Shown here: positions 38,861 through 51,721 of the stretch, piece by piece
Numbering within the stretch: position 1 is the first letter of the stretch
Layout of the letters: every line of letters begins with the position of its first letter
Source of the DNA: Azolla caroliniana
Taxonomy: Eukaryota; Plantae; Polypodiophyta
Assembly (NCBI GenBank): GCA_043228905.1
Contig: JBHGNT010000012.1
Span: forward strand, 15,376,001-15,440,000
DNA length: 64,000 nt
Reading direction: 5' to 3'
Notes under the pieces: model-generated
The model's database searches: none
Told to the model about the DNA's origin: nothing
What the model saw: the letters and a program-made list of their open reading frames with translations, nothing else
Made by a program: the position numbers and the translations under genes

Positions 38861-41498
38861 ACTTCATTGATCTATAGATGTGTTCTAATGAAAGCTCAAG
38901 GAAGCCACTCATGCACAGGACAAAGCTTGTGGTAAAAACAAAATGAAGGTTGTTTATTTTGTGAAAGCTAAGTGCTCGTCTAGGTACAAGTGGTGACACA
39001 TGCTACAAAAGCTTCTATTTTTGGCAAGAGATCTTTAAAAGGAGGAAAAGAGCTCATTATCAAGGATGGTTAATTTTGGATAAAGTGCCCAAGCTTCATT
39101 GGAGATCAGATTATCGGATCACAAATCTTCGTCAGAGGAATACAACAGCCAAGGTGATGTTCCATTATTCAAAGACTCGTCATGCATACTTCAAGAATAT
39201 TCTTTCATATTTCTCTTTTCTTCATCTTTCTCACCCCATGTAAAATCAATTTGATTGTATAGCTATCTTTAACCCTTTTGAATTGCTTGAATATTTCCAT
39301 CTTTATGTAATGAAATGAATGTATTAGAAAAAGAATTATAAATATGAACCTTGCAATCTAAGATCAAACAAGGTCATTATGGAAATTTTGGCTCAACAAT
39401 CTGCATACAAAGTTAGAAATTACATTTGAAATTGTCTTATCTTTGCAAGCAACAAACTTTGGATTCATGGATCTAGATTATCAACACACCCTCATCTAGA
39501 TATTTCCATGATAAATACAACATAGTTTTCCAATGGTACATTTGAGTATGAAGGAAAATGTCACAAGGAAATACAGATTAGAGAAATCACGAGAGTTGAG
39601 CTGACAATATTGAATTCTAGGAAATCCCATGTCGGGAAGGTCATAAAATAAGATAAGGCTTAAAACTACAAAAAGATTTACCTCAACTAGTAGGAGCTTA
39701 CTCTCAAAATGACAAGATCAAAGGTTTGAATCTTGAATCATGAAAAAGAACATGTACAGACTTCAGTGGGTCAAATGAAGCTGATGTGAATGCATGGATG
39801 CCACATTGGATGAAGACAATGGATTCAAGCGCTAGAGAGGTAGGATGGTTTAGCTGATGACAAGAACATCATTACCAAAGGTTTGGAACCATGCCACAAT
39901 ATGACCTGAGTGAAGGAGGGAGATGATGCAGGACTAGATGAAGGTGTGATGTGCCAAGGCAAGGACAATAGCTAGACAAAGACATGAAGGATGTTCCTCA
40001 GGGAATAACCCGATGGTAAGCTCATGGGAAAAAGATTACAAAGAGGATGAGATGAAATGAGAAGAGAGTATTGATCTCATGGAAGGCTCAAGAGGAAGCA
40101 AGCCATGGCTTATCCCAACATTAGGTTGACATCTGCACACCTTGTTCATACGAAAAATACCCACATGATAGTGAAACAGGGCCAAATGGATTTCAACAAA
40201 ATGAATGATGGCCCCATGATTGAGGTCTCACAACTTGAATGTTTTTCAAGTGGAACATCATATCTATATACAAGCCCATATGTCACGCTCAAAGAACATA
40301 AAGTTTGACATATGATGCTCAAAGAGCCTAACGTTTGACATATGATTGTAGATCATGATGAATGCAAAGAACTGGAAAGTGAACAATGGCACAAAAGCTT
40401 TACATCAATATGATAATGCAAGGTATCATGAAGATAAGGCCGACACATGTTATGCTCAACGATAATAGTGGAAAAAACTACGATTAACATCCTTCAAATT
40501 GAGGAATGCTGATTGAATGGTCAACATGGCTATGGTGGAAGAACCAATCATGGAAGAGTTGGAGGGAAAAGGACATGTTCCTTGATTACACTAGTCTATA
40601 TGTTTCTAGCATAGATAGATAGGTTACAAATAAAGAAGAGATAATTGATACTCGGGTCAAAGGTTTCCATGGTAGCTAACCCTCCCTTCCTACTCGAGGT
40701 TGTGAATCAAGAGGCAATGTGGTTCATTTGTTGGGACGTTGCACCGAAACTTGAAGATATTTCCCTTGATGCTCTCAATGGTGGTTGATCCTCCATTACT
40801 ACATTAAATTCTTAGGGTGTTACAAAGAGGCCACAACAAGGTCATGATGATATTTCCAATGCACAATTTTGAGCTCTAAGCGAGAAGTTGCAGGATAAAA
40901 AATGAATTTTGGACAACAACAATTGCAACCGTCATGCCGACTAAAGTCATTGTTCCATCCATTGGACAGTTGTTCAAAAACATCGTGAAAAGCTCAAGCT
41001 CATGGTTCAAGCTTTCCTCAAAATCGGGGAAAGGAATGTAACTAGAATCAAGCTCCTCTAAGCTAGCAATCACAACCTATACTTAACAACGTCAACTACT
41101 ATTGTTTCCATCGTCATCATTGTTGTTGTCAATGGGCTTCTTTTTGGACCTTGTACCTAGTACTACTATCAACATTTGTTGGTGACATCATCCAACGTCT
41201 ATAGGTGATGTTAGCCGAAAACAACCAGCCATGGCGTCCAACTTAAAGACTCAACGCTTCTAGTCATACACTTACACTTTCTTTTCCCAAATACCCCTCC
41301 TAGCTACCAATACCATTAAAACACATACCTACATATATTTATATCCCATACACAATTACATCACTTTAAAACTATCAGATACACAAAAACAATACACATA
41401 TAACCATATAAGATAAACATACACACCCACTCAACATACATAAACACATTAGCACATTCCCTTAGATCGATATATACAGACATACATAGTCACATATA

Positions 41499-41502
<4 letters not shown>

Positions 41503-41543
<41 letters not shown>
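41503..41543. repeat. (CA)n microsatellite
   Basis: About 20 AC units. Confidence 0.95.
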
Positions 41544-41544
<1 letters not shown>

Positions 41545-42105
41545 ATATCTACCCAAGAATAGTAAAGACAATACACCTGATTCCCCAAAGTAAATAGGTG
41601 TGGAAGCTCACATCTTATGAGCACTCTAAAGTGAAGGGCTCAATCAATACCATCCTCTCTAATTCAAGTTCTCAGTGGTCCTACTCATGTTTCACATGTA
41701 TGCGCGTATATTCGTGACATCGGTTGGGCATTATTTGTGTGTTAAGAAATCAAAGTATTACAGGAAGGAGAAAAGGTAACTTTTGTCAAATTTCCAAAAT
41801 GAGAAATTTTTTCTTGCTATTTAATTACCGGAAAGACCCAAGGCCTTTAGGTATTCAATTACCGTAAAGCTCAAAGCTCATGGAATTCCATGAAGGTTTC
41901 CCTTCATGTGAGTTCTAGGAAGGGAACCTAAAGGACAAGCACTCCTTTGTTGCTTGTCAACACAACAATAGGTAAACCCGAGATAAGAGAAGAAGCAACA
42001 GTTGTGCAACTCCTGATAAACTTGGTTAGAAATGTCCATTGCCACTATTTTTGTTGCTCAACGTAGGCAACTGACACCCAATGCCAAGCCCACAACATCA
42101 ACACC

Positions 42106-44189
42106 TATTAGAGTTATGATCTAATGTAAGCATATGATAAGGATATAATATATATGAAATAAGAAATGAGAGAGAGAAACAATGGTGTTGATCCACTTGA
42201 CCACCCCCGAGCGAAGGGATCGAGATGGACTCGAGCCTCGATCGGCGTCCCATACCACTGTCATGGCGTCAAGTCGTACCTGGTGCTCGCTACAAGAGTC
42301 GACCCACCACAAGAGTAGAGTCTCGACATAGTCAAGAGATGATGAAATGAGGGTAGCTAGGCCTCATATTTATAGCGAGACCCAAGGCCCCCAGGCAAGT
42401 TCACAGTTGGCCTAATGGGTTGTCTCAATCCCGAGTATTTAAAAGTAACCCTCCCCTTCTTTACACTCTCATTTAACCCTCACACTTATCCACGTGTATA
42501 GAATACTAAGATAGATTCTCACCACGGGATATTATACGGTCATGCTCGTAACATACTCCCCCCCTCTTTAAAACATTGCATTCTTGCAATGGAAAGTTAG
42601 GGAAGTTAGTTCTAAGAGTATTTTCACATTCCCATGTGACATCTTTGATAGATTTATCCATCCATTTTATTTTAAATTCTCGGATTATTTTAGTACGCAG
42701 ATTTTTTGTTTTTACATTGAGAATTATTTCTCGTACATGTGGTTTAGAAGATAATTCTTCAAAAGTAACCAGAGTTTCGGTTGTAACTGTATTGTCGCAA
42801 GAACCTAGAAGTTCTTTTAGACGACTTACATGAAAAATTGGATGGATTTCAATGCCATCGGGAAGAGCGAGATGATAGGCTGATGAACCAATGTGTTTGA
42901 GGCCTTCAAAAGGTCCACAAAACCGTGGGGCTAACTTAGCGCACTTACCTGTGGTCAATGTCTTAGAATTGTGAGGTACACATAAAAATACCTTCTGTCC
43001 AGGGTTGAATACACGAGGTTGCCTATTATGATCGGCGTAAAAACACGCTCTATCTTGAGCTGTTTTTATATTTTCTCGTGCAATATGCAATATATCTTGC
43101 ATATCCTCAAGAAAGTTTTGCGTATTTCGCAACTCATCATGATGTATATTAAGATCAATTGGGGCTCGTGGCTGAAAACCATAAATCAACATAAAAGGAC
43201 TATATCCCGTTGACGTATGCTTAGAGCTATTATAAGAAAACTCCGAAATTGGGAGATAACGTTCCAATTTTGTTGGTTTTGCACCAACGTATGCCCAAAG
43301 CATGTCCTCAATAATTTGATTTACTCGTTCTATCTGTCCATGGGATTGAGGATGATTCGTGGAGCTCATGCTCAACGTAGTTTCTAACTTGTTAAAGTCT
43401 TGCGTCTAGAAGTCACTAGTAAACTTCGGATCTCGATCACTCAAGATATCCATCGGTAACCCATAAAAATGAAATAACTCGTCAATGAATTGGTAAGCCA
43501 ATTCAAGATTTGTTACCGTGGTTTTAGTAGCAATAAATCTGGCCATTTTAGTTAGTCTATCAACCACAAACTAGATGGCATCATGGCCTTTTTGGGTGCG
43601 AGGAAGGCTAACAATAAAATCCATGGATATACTTTCCCACTTATTATTGGGAATGTCCAAGGGATGTAAAAGTCCTACGGCTTTGTTAGCCTGACATTGG
43701 TGACATTTAGTCACATAGCTATGTATGTCAAGACACATCTTAGGCCAATAGAATTGAGTGGAGATGAGAACGAGTGTACGATGTATTCCAAGGTGCCCTG
43801 CTGAGGGTGTATCATGGCATTCAAAAAGAATTCTCTTTTGACCTTAGGAAAATCTGGAACACAAACCTTCCCATTACGGTAGAGCAGACAGTTAGCAATG
43901 TGGAAGGATTCATTCAAGAATGTGGTGGTGTCTGTTCCAGGCTCAACTCTTGCCCAACATTTCGCAAAATAACTGTCATCAAGATACTTTCCTCGAAGGT
44001 GATCATAAAGATCTGATGGTATTTCAGTGAAGCTAAGCATGTTAACTTCACGGATGCAACTTAGTGCACCAACGTCAGTGTTCATGGAACCTTCACGATA
44101 TCACATGAAAAAATCAAAGTCCTGGATGAGATCAGCCCATCGTGCCTTACAACCTTTCAGGCGTTATTGGTCACAGAAATATTTCACGG
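42106..44189 (-). mobile_element. 3' part of a chromoviral Ty3/Gypsy element (integrase + chromodomain, PPT, family-A 3' LTR 42106-42553)
   Basis: HPQSHGQIERVNQ, KLAPRFCGPF, HPIFHVSRLK and a chromo-like FKIKW...DVTWE. PPT GAGGGGGGAGTA precedes the LTR. Confidence 0.85.
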
Positions 44190-46261
44190 TGTCGTGGAGA
44201 AAACCGTCCCTAGGAGGAATTGGTGAATAGTGTGCGTGAACCGGCCCTTACACGCGGGCACATGTTTTGATGTATTGTACATAGTTAGGTATTGATCGAC
44301 GATGTGAATCTCCTAAGTAGCGCGTATTCATTAGGTAGGGAATTGAGGAGTATCTCTATCTGAAAGGACAGAGAATAAAAGTGGCGTAACAGACTGTAAC
44401 GTCTCTCTCTCCTTGGGCTATAAAAGGAGAGGAAAAGGGACTGAGTGGGAGCGTGTTATCGAGGACGAAGTGCTGCCAGACTGGGACCGAGCTCTTCTCG
44501 TCTGTCTTTCATTGTTCTCTGCAGGTTTTGGGAGGTTGCCTCTGCTTTGTGGGAAGCCCGAGTGCTTTCAGCAGAGGCTCCATCTCGTGTTGTCCGTGTG
44601 TGTTGTGTGGGTTGGTGTTTGCTCATTGACTCTTACCGGCTATCCGGCTCTAATCTTGATCATAAGTATATATTGAGAATCAAGCTCAACTTGGTCTAGT
44701 GTGTGAACTCACCTTGAGAGTGAATAGACACTCCAACAGTCAAGAGTCACCATTAAGTCACCACTTTGTATTCTAGCATTTAGTATGAGTTATAGAATCA
44801 TATTCTATGACACATAACTTATGAGCTTTCACATTCCCCATGCTTCATGAGTCTTGTAGTTAATGAAGAGAGAGGGTGACTATATAAAGTACCCTCCTCC
44901 CACCTTGTATAATGTTGAGTCTTTCTCCTTTGTTAATATAATCTACCTTGCGTATACTCTGTGTCTTACTCGTCTCTCTCACTCACTCACTCTCTCTCTC
45001 TCATACACTCACACACAGTTCACACCTATTCCGCTACATAAGAATCATACCTGATTCTTTACTTGGTATCAGAGCGCTTTGGTGGCTTGATCTAGCCCAT
45101 TCGCCTCATTGTGATCGTGTGTTTTGCTCCACACCGACGACCAAGAACCGGCTCATCGCTATCGTAGCTTCGCTACATAGCTCACATTCGAAGAGAGAAG
45201 AAGAAGAAGAAGAAGAAGAATCGACAAAATGAATACTCAAATGGGGAGCGCTCTCCCTACCAAGAAGTTGGATCAAAACAACTTCACATCTTGGGAGTAC
45301 AAGATGCACCAATACCTTGTCAGACAAGGCTATTGGAGCTACATCAAAGGAGAGCACGAAGACCGACTTGCCGAAGCGGCTCCCGGATACGCGACATGGG
45401 AGTAAGCCGCAAGCCGCGTGATGTATTGCTTGGCGACATGTGTTCACGATCACATGCTCGGCTACATTCGCGAAGCCAAGACGCCGAAGGAGGCATGGGA
45501 AAATCTACGAAAGATTTTCGCGGCGAACACAACCGCAAGAAGGCTTCAACTCAGCCAAGAATTGAACAACATCCAACAAAGGGACATGTCCATCACGACA
45601 TACACCTTGAATATCAAGGAGCTTTGCGACTCGCTTGGCTCGATAAGCGTAAATATCGATGATGATGAGATGGTGCAAATATGCCTCGGCGGCCTCGCAC
45701 CACGGTTCGGCATGATGCGAACCGCCGTTCTAGCAAGGGAGAAATCTCCCTCCTTCTTCGAGCTCCAATCGATGCTATTGGTCGAAGAAAACCATGTGTG
45801 TACAAGGAGCAATGAGTCAGAAGGCCACATGCTCTACATGCACTCGAACGGAGGAAGAGGACGCGGACGAGCGAGAGGCCAATTCGGCCAAGGACAAGGC
45901 GGACGAGGTCCGACCTATGATAACAATTGCCAATTTCAGCCGCAAAACGGAAGCCAACGAGGAACCTTCGCAAGAAGGGGGAGCTTCCACTCCGGCCCGA
46001 GCCATCAAAACGCAACCGAATGCAGATATTGTGGAAACCTCGGCCACCACGAAGAAGAGTGTCGAAAGAAGATGTGTGAATCGGCTTCCACAAGCCGACA
46101 ACTCATGAATTACGCGCACAATTCCGACTATGAAGAGTATAGCGGAATGTACGGGCACAACTCCGACTATGAAGATCGTGGCAGAATGTATGCACACAAC
46201 TCTGACCGTGGCGGAATGTTCATGATGAAATATAGAGCAAACTCTATGTCGGCCTCTACCT

Positions 46262-49200
46262 TGTTGGGATTTACGGTCCCTCCGGATGGGATGTCCGGAG
46301 ATGAATGACGGCAAGCCCGGTTGCGGTTACGGAACCGGAGGATGAAGAGTACCCGGCATGAAGCCGGATGACGAAGACCCGGCTACGGAGCCGGATGACG
46401 GAGACCCGGCTACGGAGCCGGATGACGGAGACCCGGCTACGGAGCCGGAAGACGAATGTACCCGGAGGGAGATCCGGATGCGGGGACATATTTGTGAATA
46501 TGTTTGCCAAGGGCCCTTGTGGCTATATTTGTAAATAGCCTGAAAGTCATATGTGTATAAATATGACTTAGGGCAAACAATTTTATGCTTGCTGCTCATT
46601 TTCTGTTTTCCACTTAGAGGGAGCGAAGTGAGAGCAGCCGAGAGAGAGAGAGAGAGAGAGAAACGAGGAGGTCGTTGCCTCTGTGTATTACCGCCGCCTG
46701 TGGCGAGGACAGCGAGCTCAAGGTCGTCGCCTTGCAGCTCGCCATTGTATACTTCTCTGTATAGTGTTGGTTTGGAGTCTTGTACTCCCGTGGTTTTTCC
46801 CGTTTAGGGTTTTCCACGTTAATCCCTGTGTTATCGTGTCTTTCTCTGAGTTTCCTATTTTCTGCTGCATTGATTTGCGATTTCTCGGTTGTGGCCAAAA
46901 CGGTGAAGGTGAATCGAAGCCTTGATTCCCAACAAGTGGTATCAGAGCGACGGCAGTGCAGAAAATGGAAGGCGGCAGCAGCGGGCAGCCGGGGATGATG
47001 GTGCTGAATGCGCAGAACTACGCCGACTGGAAGATCAAGATGGAGGATCTTCTGATTGTTCGGGACCTGTACGAACCGATTGACAGGTCGGAAATACCGA
47101 AGGGGGTACTTGAGACGGAATGGAGGCTTCTGAACCGGAAAGCCGTAGCGACGATCCGGCAATATGTCGATGTAAGCGTCCTACAACATGTGGCGAACGA
47201 CACCAACGCATATGAGATGTGGAAGAAGCTGTCGGGCCTCTACGAGAGGAAGAACGCGTTGAACCGGACCTCCCTGATGAGGAAGATAGTGAATCTCAAG
47301 TACCGGGACGGCGAGAGTATGGTGGAACACGTAAGCACGTTCATGGGATTCGTGAATCAGCTTGCGGCGATCAAGTTCCCGTTGGAGGATGCAATGCAAG
47401 CCATCATTCTGATGTGTACGTTGCCGGAAAGCTGGGAGAACTTGGTGGTGACTCTCAGCACCTCTTGCACCGAAGATAACTTGTCTCTACAAACGGTAAA
47501 GACAAGTATTTTGAACGAAGAAGCGCGTCGGAGAGATAAAGAACCGGCCTCCGACCCGAAGGCGCTGCTTACCGAATCGGAACGGGGAAGACAATGGAAC
47601 CGGAGTCCGCAAAGACGGGAGAAGTCGGGGACCCGGTCGCAGTCAAGAGGAAGACCCACATGCTTCCACTGTGGGAAGCCGGGGCACTTCCGGAAGAATT
47701 GTCGGCATTACCGAAAGGACAACGGAGCCGACGACACCGATTCGAAGAAGTCACCGGAGAGAAACGGTGCATACCGGGGAGCCACGGACCGGAGAGGTCC
47801 GGATCGGCGAGGGCAGGACCGGAAAGGAACGACGGCACTCGCGGCAAGTGAAGAAGAGATAATGCTCATTACCGAAGAGAGGGAGCTGAACCTTTCCGGT
47901 GAAGAGATGACCTGGGTGGTCGATTCCGGAGCGTCGTTCCACCTGACCCCGGAGAAGAAATACTTCTCATCCTACATAGCCGGTGAGCACGGCTGTGTCC
48001 GGATGGGAAATGAAGGTACGTGCCGGATTGCCGGCATAGGAGACGTGTGGCTGATGACATCAACCGGATGTAAAATGCTGCTGAAGGATGTCCGACACGT
48101 TCCGGAGGTTCGATTGAACCTGATTTCGGCCGGGAGGCTAGACGATGAAGGCTACACAGGTAGCATCCGGAACGGCGTAATGAAGTTCAGCAAGGGGAGC
48201 TTGATAGTGGCTCGGGCCCGGAAGGTCAACACACTGTACCTGATGAATTCCCGGCTATGTCCGGAGGAGTTGAATGTGGCAGCCGACACTGCCGGTGAGC
48301 TGTGGCACAAGAGGCTGTGCCACATGAGTGAGAAGGGGATGAAGAGGCTTGCAGAAGACAACCTTATTCCAGTGAAGCATGTGCACCTGGAGAAGTGCAC
48401 CGACTGCCTGGCCGGTAAGCAAAACCGGGCCTCCTTCCACTCAAGGCCACCGACGAGACGTAGTGCACCATTGGAGCTGGTGCATACTGACGTGTGTCAA
48501 GTAGAAACGAAGTCACATGGCGGAGCCCAGTACTTCGTAACATTCATAGATGATCACAGCCGGAAGCTGTGGACGGCACCGTTGAAGACAAAGGACCAAG
48601 TATTGTCCGTCTTCAAAGAACTCCACGCGAGAGTGGAAAGGGAATCCGGCAAGAAGCTGAAAGCGGTACGAGCGGATAACGGAGGGGAATACCGGGGGCA
48701 GTTCGAGGAGTACTGTCGCTCGAAGGGAATCCGGCTCGAGTTTACTGTGCCGAAGACGCCGGAACTGAACGGGCTGGCCGAGAGGATGAACCGGACCATA
48801 ATGGAGAGGGTCCGGAGTATGCTGGCGCATGCGAAATTACCCAAGGGGTTTTGGGCTGAGGCAATGTCGACGGCGACATACGTGATAAACAGATCACCCT
48901 CAGTACCTTTGGATGGAGACACGCCGCAGAGAGTGTGGACCGGTAGGGAAGTATCCTACCGGCATCTGAAGGTGTTCGGGTGTCTCGCATATGTGCATGT
49001 GGCAAAGGACCGGAGAGGAAAGCTAGATCCAAAGACCCGGCCATGCATATTCCTCGGTTACGGCAACGACGAGTTTGGCTACCGAGTATGGGACCCGGTC
49101 GACAAGAAGATATTCAGGAGTCGAGATATCATCTTCATGGAGGACAAGACACTCGCCGACTGGGAGTCGGAGAAGAAGATGAAGAGCTCCAAGTCGACCG

Positions 49201-51721
49201 GTGAGGATCAACTCTACAAGGAGCAGTCCCGACCGGCAAGAGACCGGTTAGCACTCGAGGATCCGGCCGAAGACGGTGAAGAAACAGAACCGGCCGAAGA
49301 AGATGAAAATGATACCGGAACCGGCCCCGATCCCGAAATGGATTCGGATGAAGAAGAATCGGAAGAACCGGTTACCGAAGCTCCGGAACGGAGATATCCT
49401 CTAAGAGAGAGAAGGGCCCCCCGGAGATTTCCGGAACCAGAGCACGTGCTGCTAACCGACGAGGGGGAGCCGGAGAGCTTTGAAGAAGCAAAGCATGACA
49501 CCCATAGCCGCAGGTGGTTAAGTGCCATGCAGGAGGAGATGGATTCCCTGCATGAGAACCACACATATGAACTTGTGGAGTTGCCGAAAGGAAAACGGGC
49601 ACTCCGTAACAAGTGGGTGTTCAAGCTGAAACCGGGAGATGCCGGAAACCCCCCGAGATACAAAGCCAGGATCGTGGTGAAGGGGTTCCAGCAGAAGAAG
49701 GGTGTGGACTTCGACGAGATATTTGCCCCGGTAGTGAAGATGACCTCCATCCGGACGGTGCTGAGCATAGCGGCAAGCATGGACCTCGAGGTAGAACAGA
49801 TGGACGTGAAGACGGCATTCCTTCACGGTGACCTCGAAGAAGAGATCTACATGCAGCAACCGGAAGGATTCGAGAAGAAAGGAAAGGAGCACCTGGTATG
49901 CCGGTTGAAGAAGAGCCTCTACGGTCTGAAGCAGGCTCCCCGGCAATGGTACCGGAAGTTCGACTCCTTCATGACAGACGAAGGGTACCACAAAACGCAG
50001 ACCGATCACTGCGTGTTTGTGAAGAAGTTCGAAGGAGGAGACTTTCTGATGCTCCTCCTGTACGTGGACGACATGTTGATCGTCGGACGAGACCAGGTCA
50101 AGATACGGATGCTGAAGAAGGCTCTTCATCGAACCTTCTCAATGAAGGACCTGGGTCCGGCGAGGCAAATACTAGGGATGCACATCATCCGGGACCGGAA
50201 GAAGAAGCAGTTGTGGCTGTCACAGGAGAAGTACGTGACAAAGGTGCTTCACCGGTTCAACATGTCGGAAGCTAGACCGGTCGGATCAACCCTCCCGGCA
50301 AACTGCAAGCTGTCCAGCAAGCAAAGCCCCAAGACAAAGGCTGAGAAGGAGGACATGATGAAAGTACCATATGCCTCTGCCGTCGGAAGCTTGATGTACG
50401 CAATGGTGTGTACAAGACCGGACATAGGATATGCAGTCGGAGTGGTGAGCCGGTACATGAGCAATCCCGGCAAAGAGCACTGGAACGCGGTCAAATGGAT
50501 ACTCCGATACCTGAAGGGCACGGCAAACATGTGCCTCCGATTCGGCTCCAGTAAGCCCGAACTCGATGGATTTACCGATTCGGATATGTCGGCTGATGCA
50601 GATACCAGCCGGTCCACATCAGGGTATGTGATGACATATGCAGGGGGAGCTGTTTCATGGCAGTCGAGGCTGCAGAAGACGGTTGCACTGTCAACCACGG
50701 AGGCGGAGTACATGGCGGCTGTTGAAGCCGGCAAGGAAATAATATGGATGAAGGACTTCATTAGAGAGCTCGGTATCCGGCAGGAGGAGTACCGACTCTA
50801 CTGCGGCAGTCAGAGTGCCATCCACCTTGCGAAGAACGCGGCCTATCACTCCCGGACGAAGCACATCCAGCGAAGATATCACTGGATCCGGGAAAGGATA
50901 GAAGACAAGGAGTTCGTGCTGACGAAGATCCACACAGACGAGAATGGGTCGGATATGCTGACTAAGGTACTTACACCCGACAAGCTGGAAGCATGCCGGA
51001 AGAGGATCGGATTGGAGAGACATCCCATGCCGAAGTGAAGGGGGAGTTTGTTGGGATTTACGGTCCCTCCGGATGGGATGTCCGGAGATGAATGACGGCA
51101 AGCCCGGTTGCGGTTACGGAACCGGAGGATGAAGAGTACCCGGCATGAAGCCGGATGACGAAGACCCGGCTACGGAGCCGGATGACGGAGACCCGGCTAC
51201 GGAGCCGGATGACGGAGACCCGGCTACGGAGCCGGAAGACGAATGTACCCGGAGGGAGATCCGGATGCGGGGACATATTTGTGAATATGTTTGCCAAGGG
51301 CCCTTGTGGCTATATTTGTAAATAGCCTGAAAGTCATATGTGTATAAATATGACTTAGGGCAAACAATTTTATGCTTGCTGCTCATTTTCTGTTTTCCAC
51401 TTAGAGGGAGCGAAGTGAGAGCAGCCGAGAGAGAGAGAGAGAGAGAGAAACGAGGAGGTCGTTGCCTCTGTGTATTACCGCCGCCTGTGGCGAGGACAGC
51501 GAGCTCAAGGTCGTCGCCTTGCAGCTCGCCATTGTATACTTCTCTGTATAGTGTTGGTTTGGAGTCTTGTACTCCCGTGGTTTTTCCCGTTTAGGGTTTT
51601 CCACGTTAATCCCTGTGTTATCGTGTCTTTCTCTGAGTTTCCTATTTTCTGCTGCATTGATTTGCGATTTCTCGGTTGTGGCCAAAACGGTGAAGGTGAA
51701 TCGAAGCCTTGATTCCCAACA
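46262..51721 (+). mobile_element. Young, structurally intact Ty1/Copia retrotransposon
   Basis: 673-bp LTRs at 46262-46934 and 51049-51721 appear identical. TSD TACCT, PBS TGGTATCAGAGC at 46937, PPT GAAGGGGGAG overlapping the stop codon. Confidence 0.97.
46965..51038 (+). CDS. Copia Gag-Pol polyprotein (gag, CCHC, protease, integrase, RT, RNase H), 1357 aa from the ATG
   Basis: Uninterrupted ORF with CFHCGKPGHFRKNC, WVVDSGAS, HTD...DNGGEY...NGLAER, LYVDDM and STTEAEY. Confidence 0.95.
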   Translation: MEGGSSGQPGMMVLNAQNYADWKIKMEDLLIVRDLYEPIDRSEIPKGVLETEWRLLNRKAVATIRQYVDVSVLQHVANDTNAYEMWKKLSGLYERKNALNRTSLMRKIVNLKYRDGESMVEHVSTFMGFVNQLAAIKFPLEDAMQAIILMCTLPESWENLVVTLSTSCTEDNLSLQTVKTSILNEEARRRDKEPASDPKALLTESERGRQWNRSPQRREKSGTRSQSRGRPTCFHCGKPGHFRKNCRHYRKDNGADDTDSKKSPERNGAYRGATDRRGPDRRGQDRKGTTALAASEEEIMLITEERELNLSGEEMTWVVDSGASFHLTPEKKYFSSYIAGEHGCVRMGNEGTCRIAGIGDVWLMTSTGCKMLLKDVRHVPEVRLNLISAGRLDDEGYTGSIRNGVMKFSKGSLIVARARKVNTLYLMNSRLCPEELNVAADTAGELWHKRLCHMSEKGMKRLAEDNLIPVKHVHLEKCTDCLAGKQNRASFHSRPPTRRSAPLELVHTDVCQVETKSHGGAQYFVTFIDDHSRKLWTAPLKTKDQVLSVFKELHARVERESGKKLKAVRADNGGEYRGQFEEYCRSKGIRLEFTVPKTPELNGLAERMNRTIMERVRSMLAHAKLPKGFWAEAMSTATYVINRSPSVPLDGDTPQRVWTGREVSYRHLKVFGCLAYVHVAKDRRGKLDPKTRPCIFLGYGNDEFGYRVWDPVDKKIFRSRDIIFMEDKTLADWESEKKMKSSKSTGEDQLYKEQSRPARDRLALEDPAEDGEETEPAEEDENDTGTGPDPEMDSDEEESEEPVTEAPERRYPLRERRAPRRFPEPEHVLLTDEGEPESFEEAKHDTHSRRWLSAMQEEMDSLHENHTYELVELPKGKRALRNKWVFKLKPGDAGNPPRYKARIVVKGFQQKKGVDFDEIFAPVVKMTSIRTVLSIAASMDLEVEQMDVKTAFLHGDLEEEIYMQQPEGFEKKGKEHLVCRLKKSLYGLKQAPRQWYRKFDSFMTDEGYHKTQTDHCVFVKKFEGGDFLMLLLYVDDMLIVGRDQVKIRMLKKALHRTFSMKDLGPARQILGMHIIRDRKKKQLWLSQEKYVTKVLHRFNMSEARPVGSTLPANCKLSSKQSPKTKAEKEDMMKVPYASAVGSLMYAMVCTRPDIGYAVGVVSRYMSNPGKEHWNAVKWILRYLKGTANMCLRFGSSKPELDGFTDSDMSADADTSRSTSGYVMTYAGGAVSWQSRLQKTVALSTTEAEYMAAVEAGKEIIWMKDFIRELGIRQEEYRLYCGSQSAIHLAKNAAYHSRTKHIQRRYHWIRERIEDKEFVLTKIHTDENGSDMLTKVLTPDKLEACRKRIGLERHPMPK

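Noticed and set aside
38861-42105. Purine-rich region with short ORFs
   Set aside because: No recognisable motifs, termini or long frames. It is probably very old TE debris and cannot be supported as a feature.
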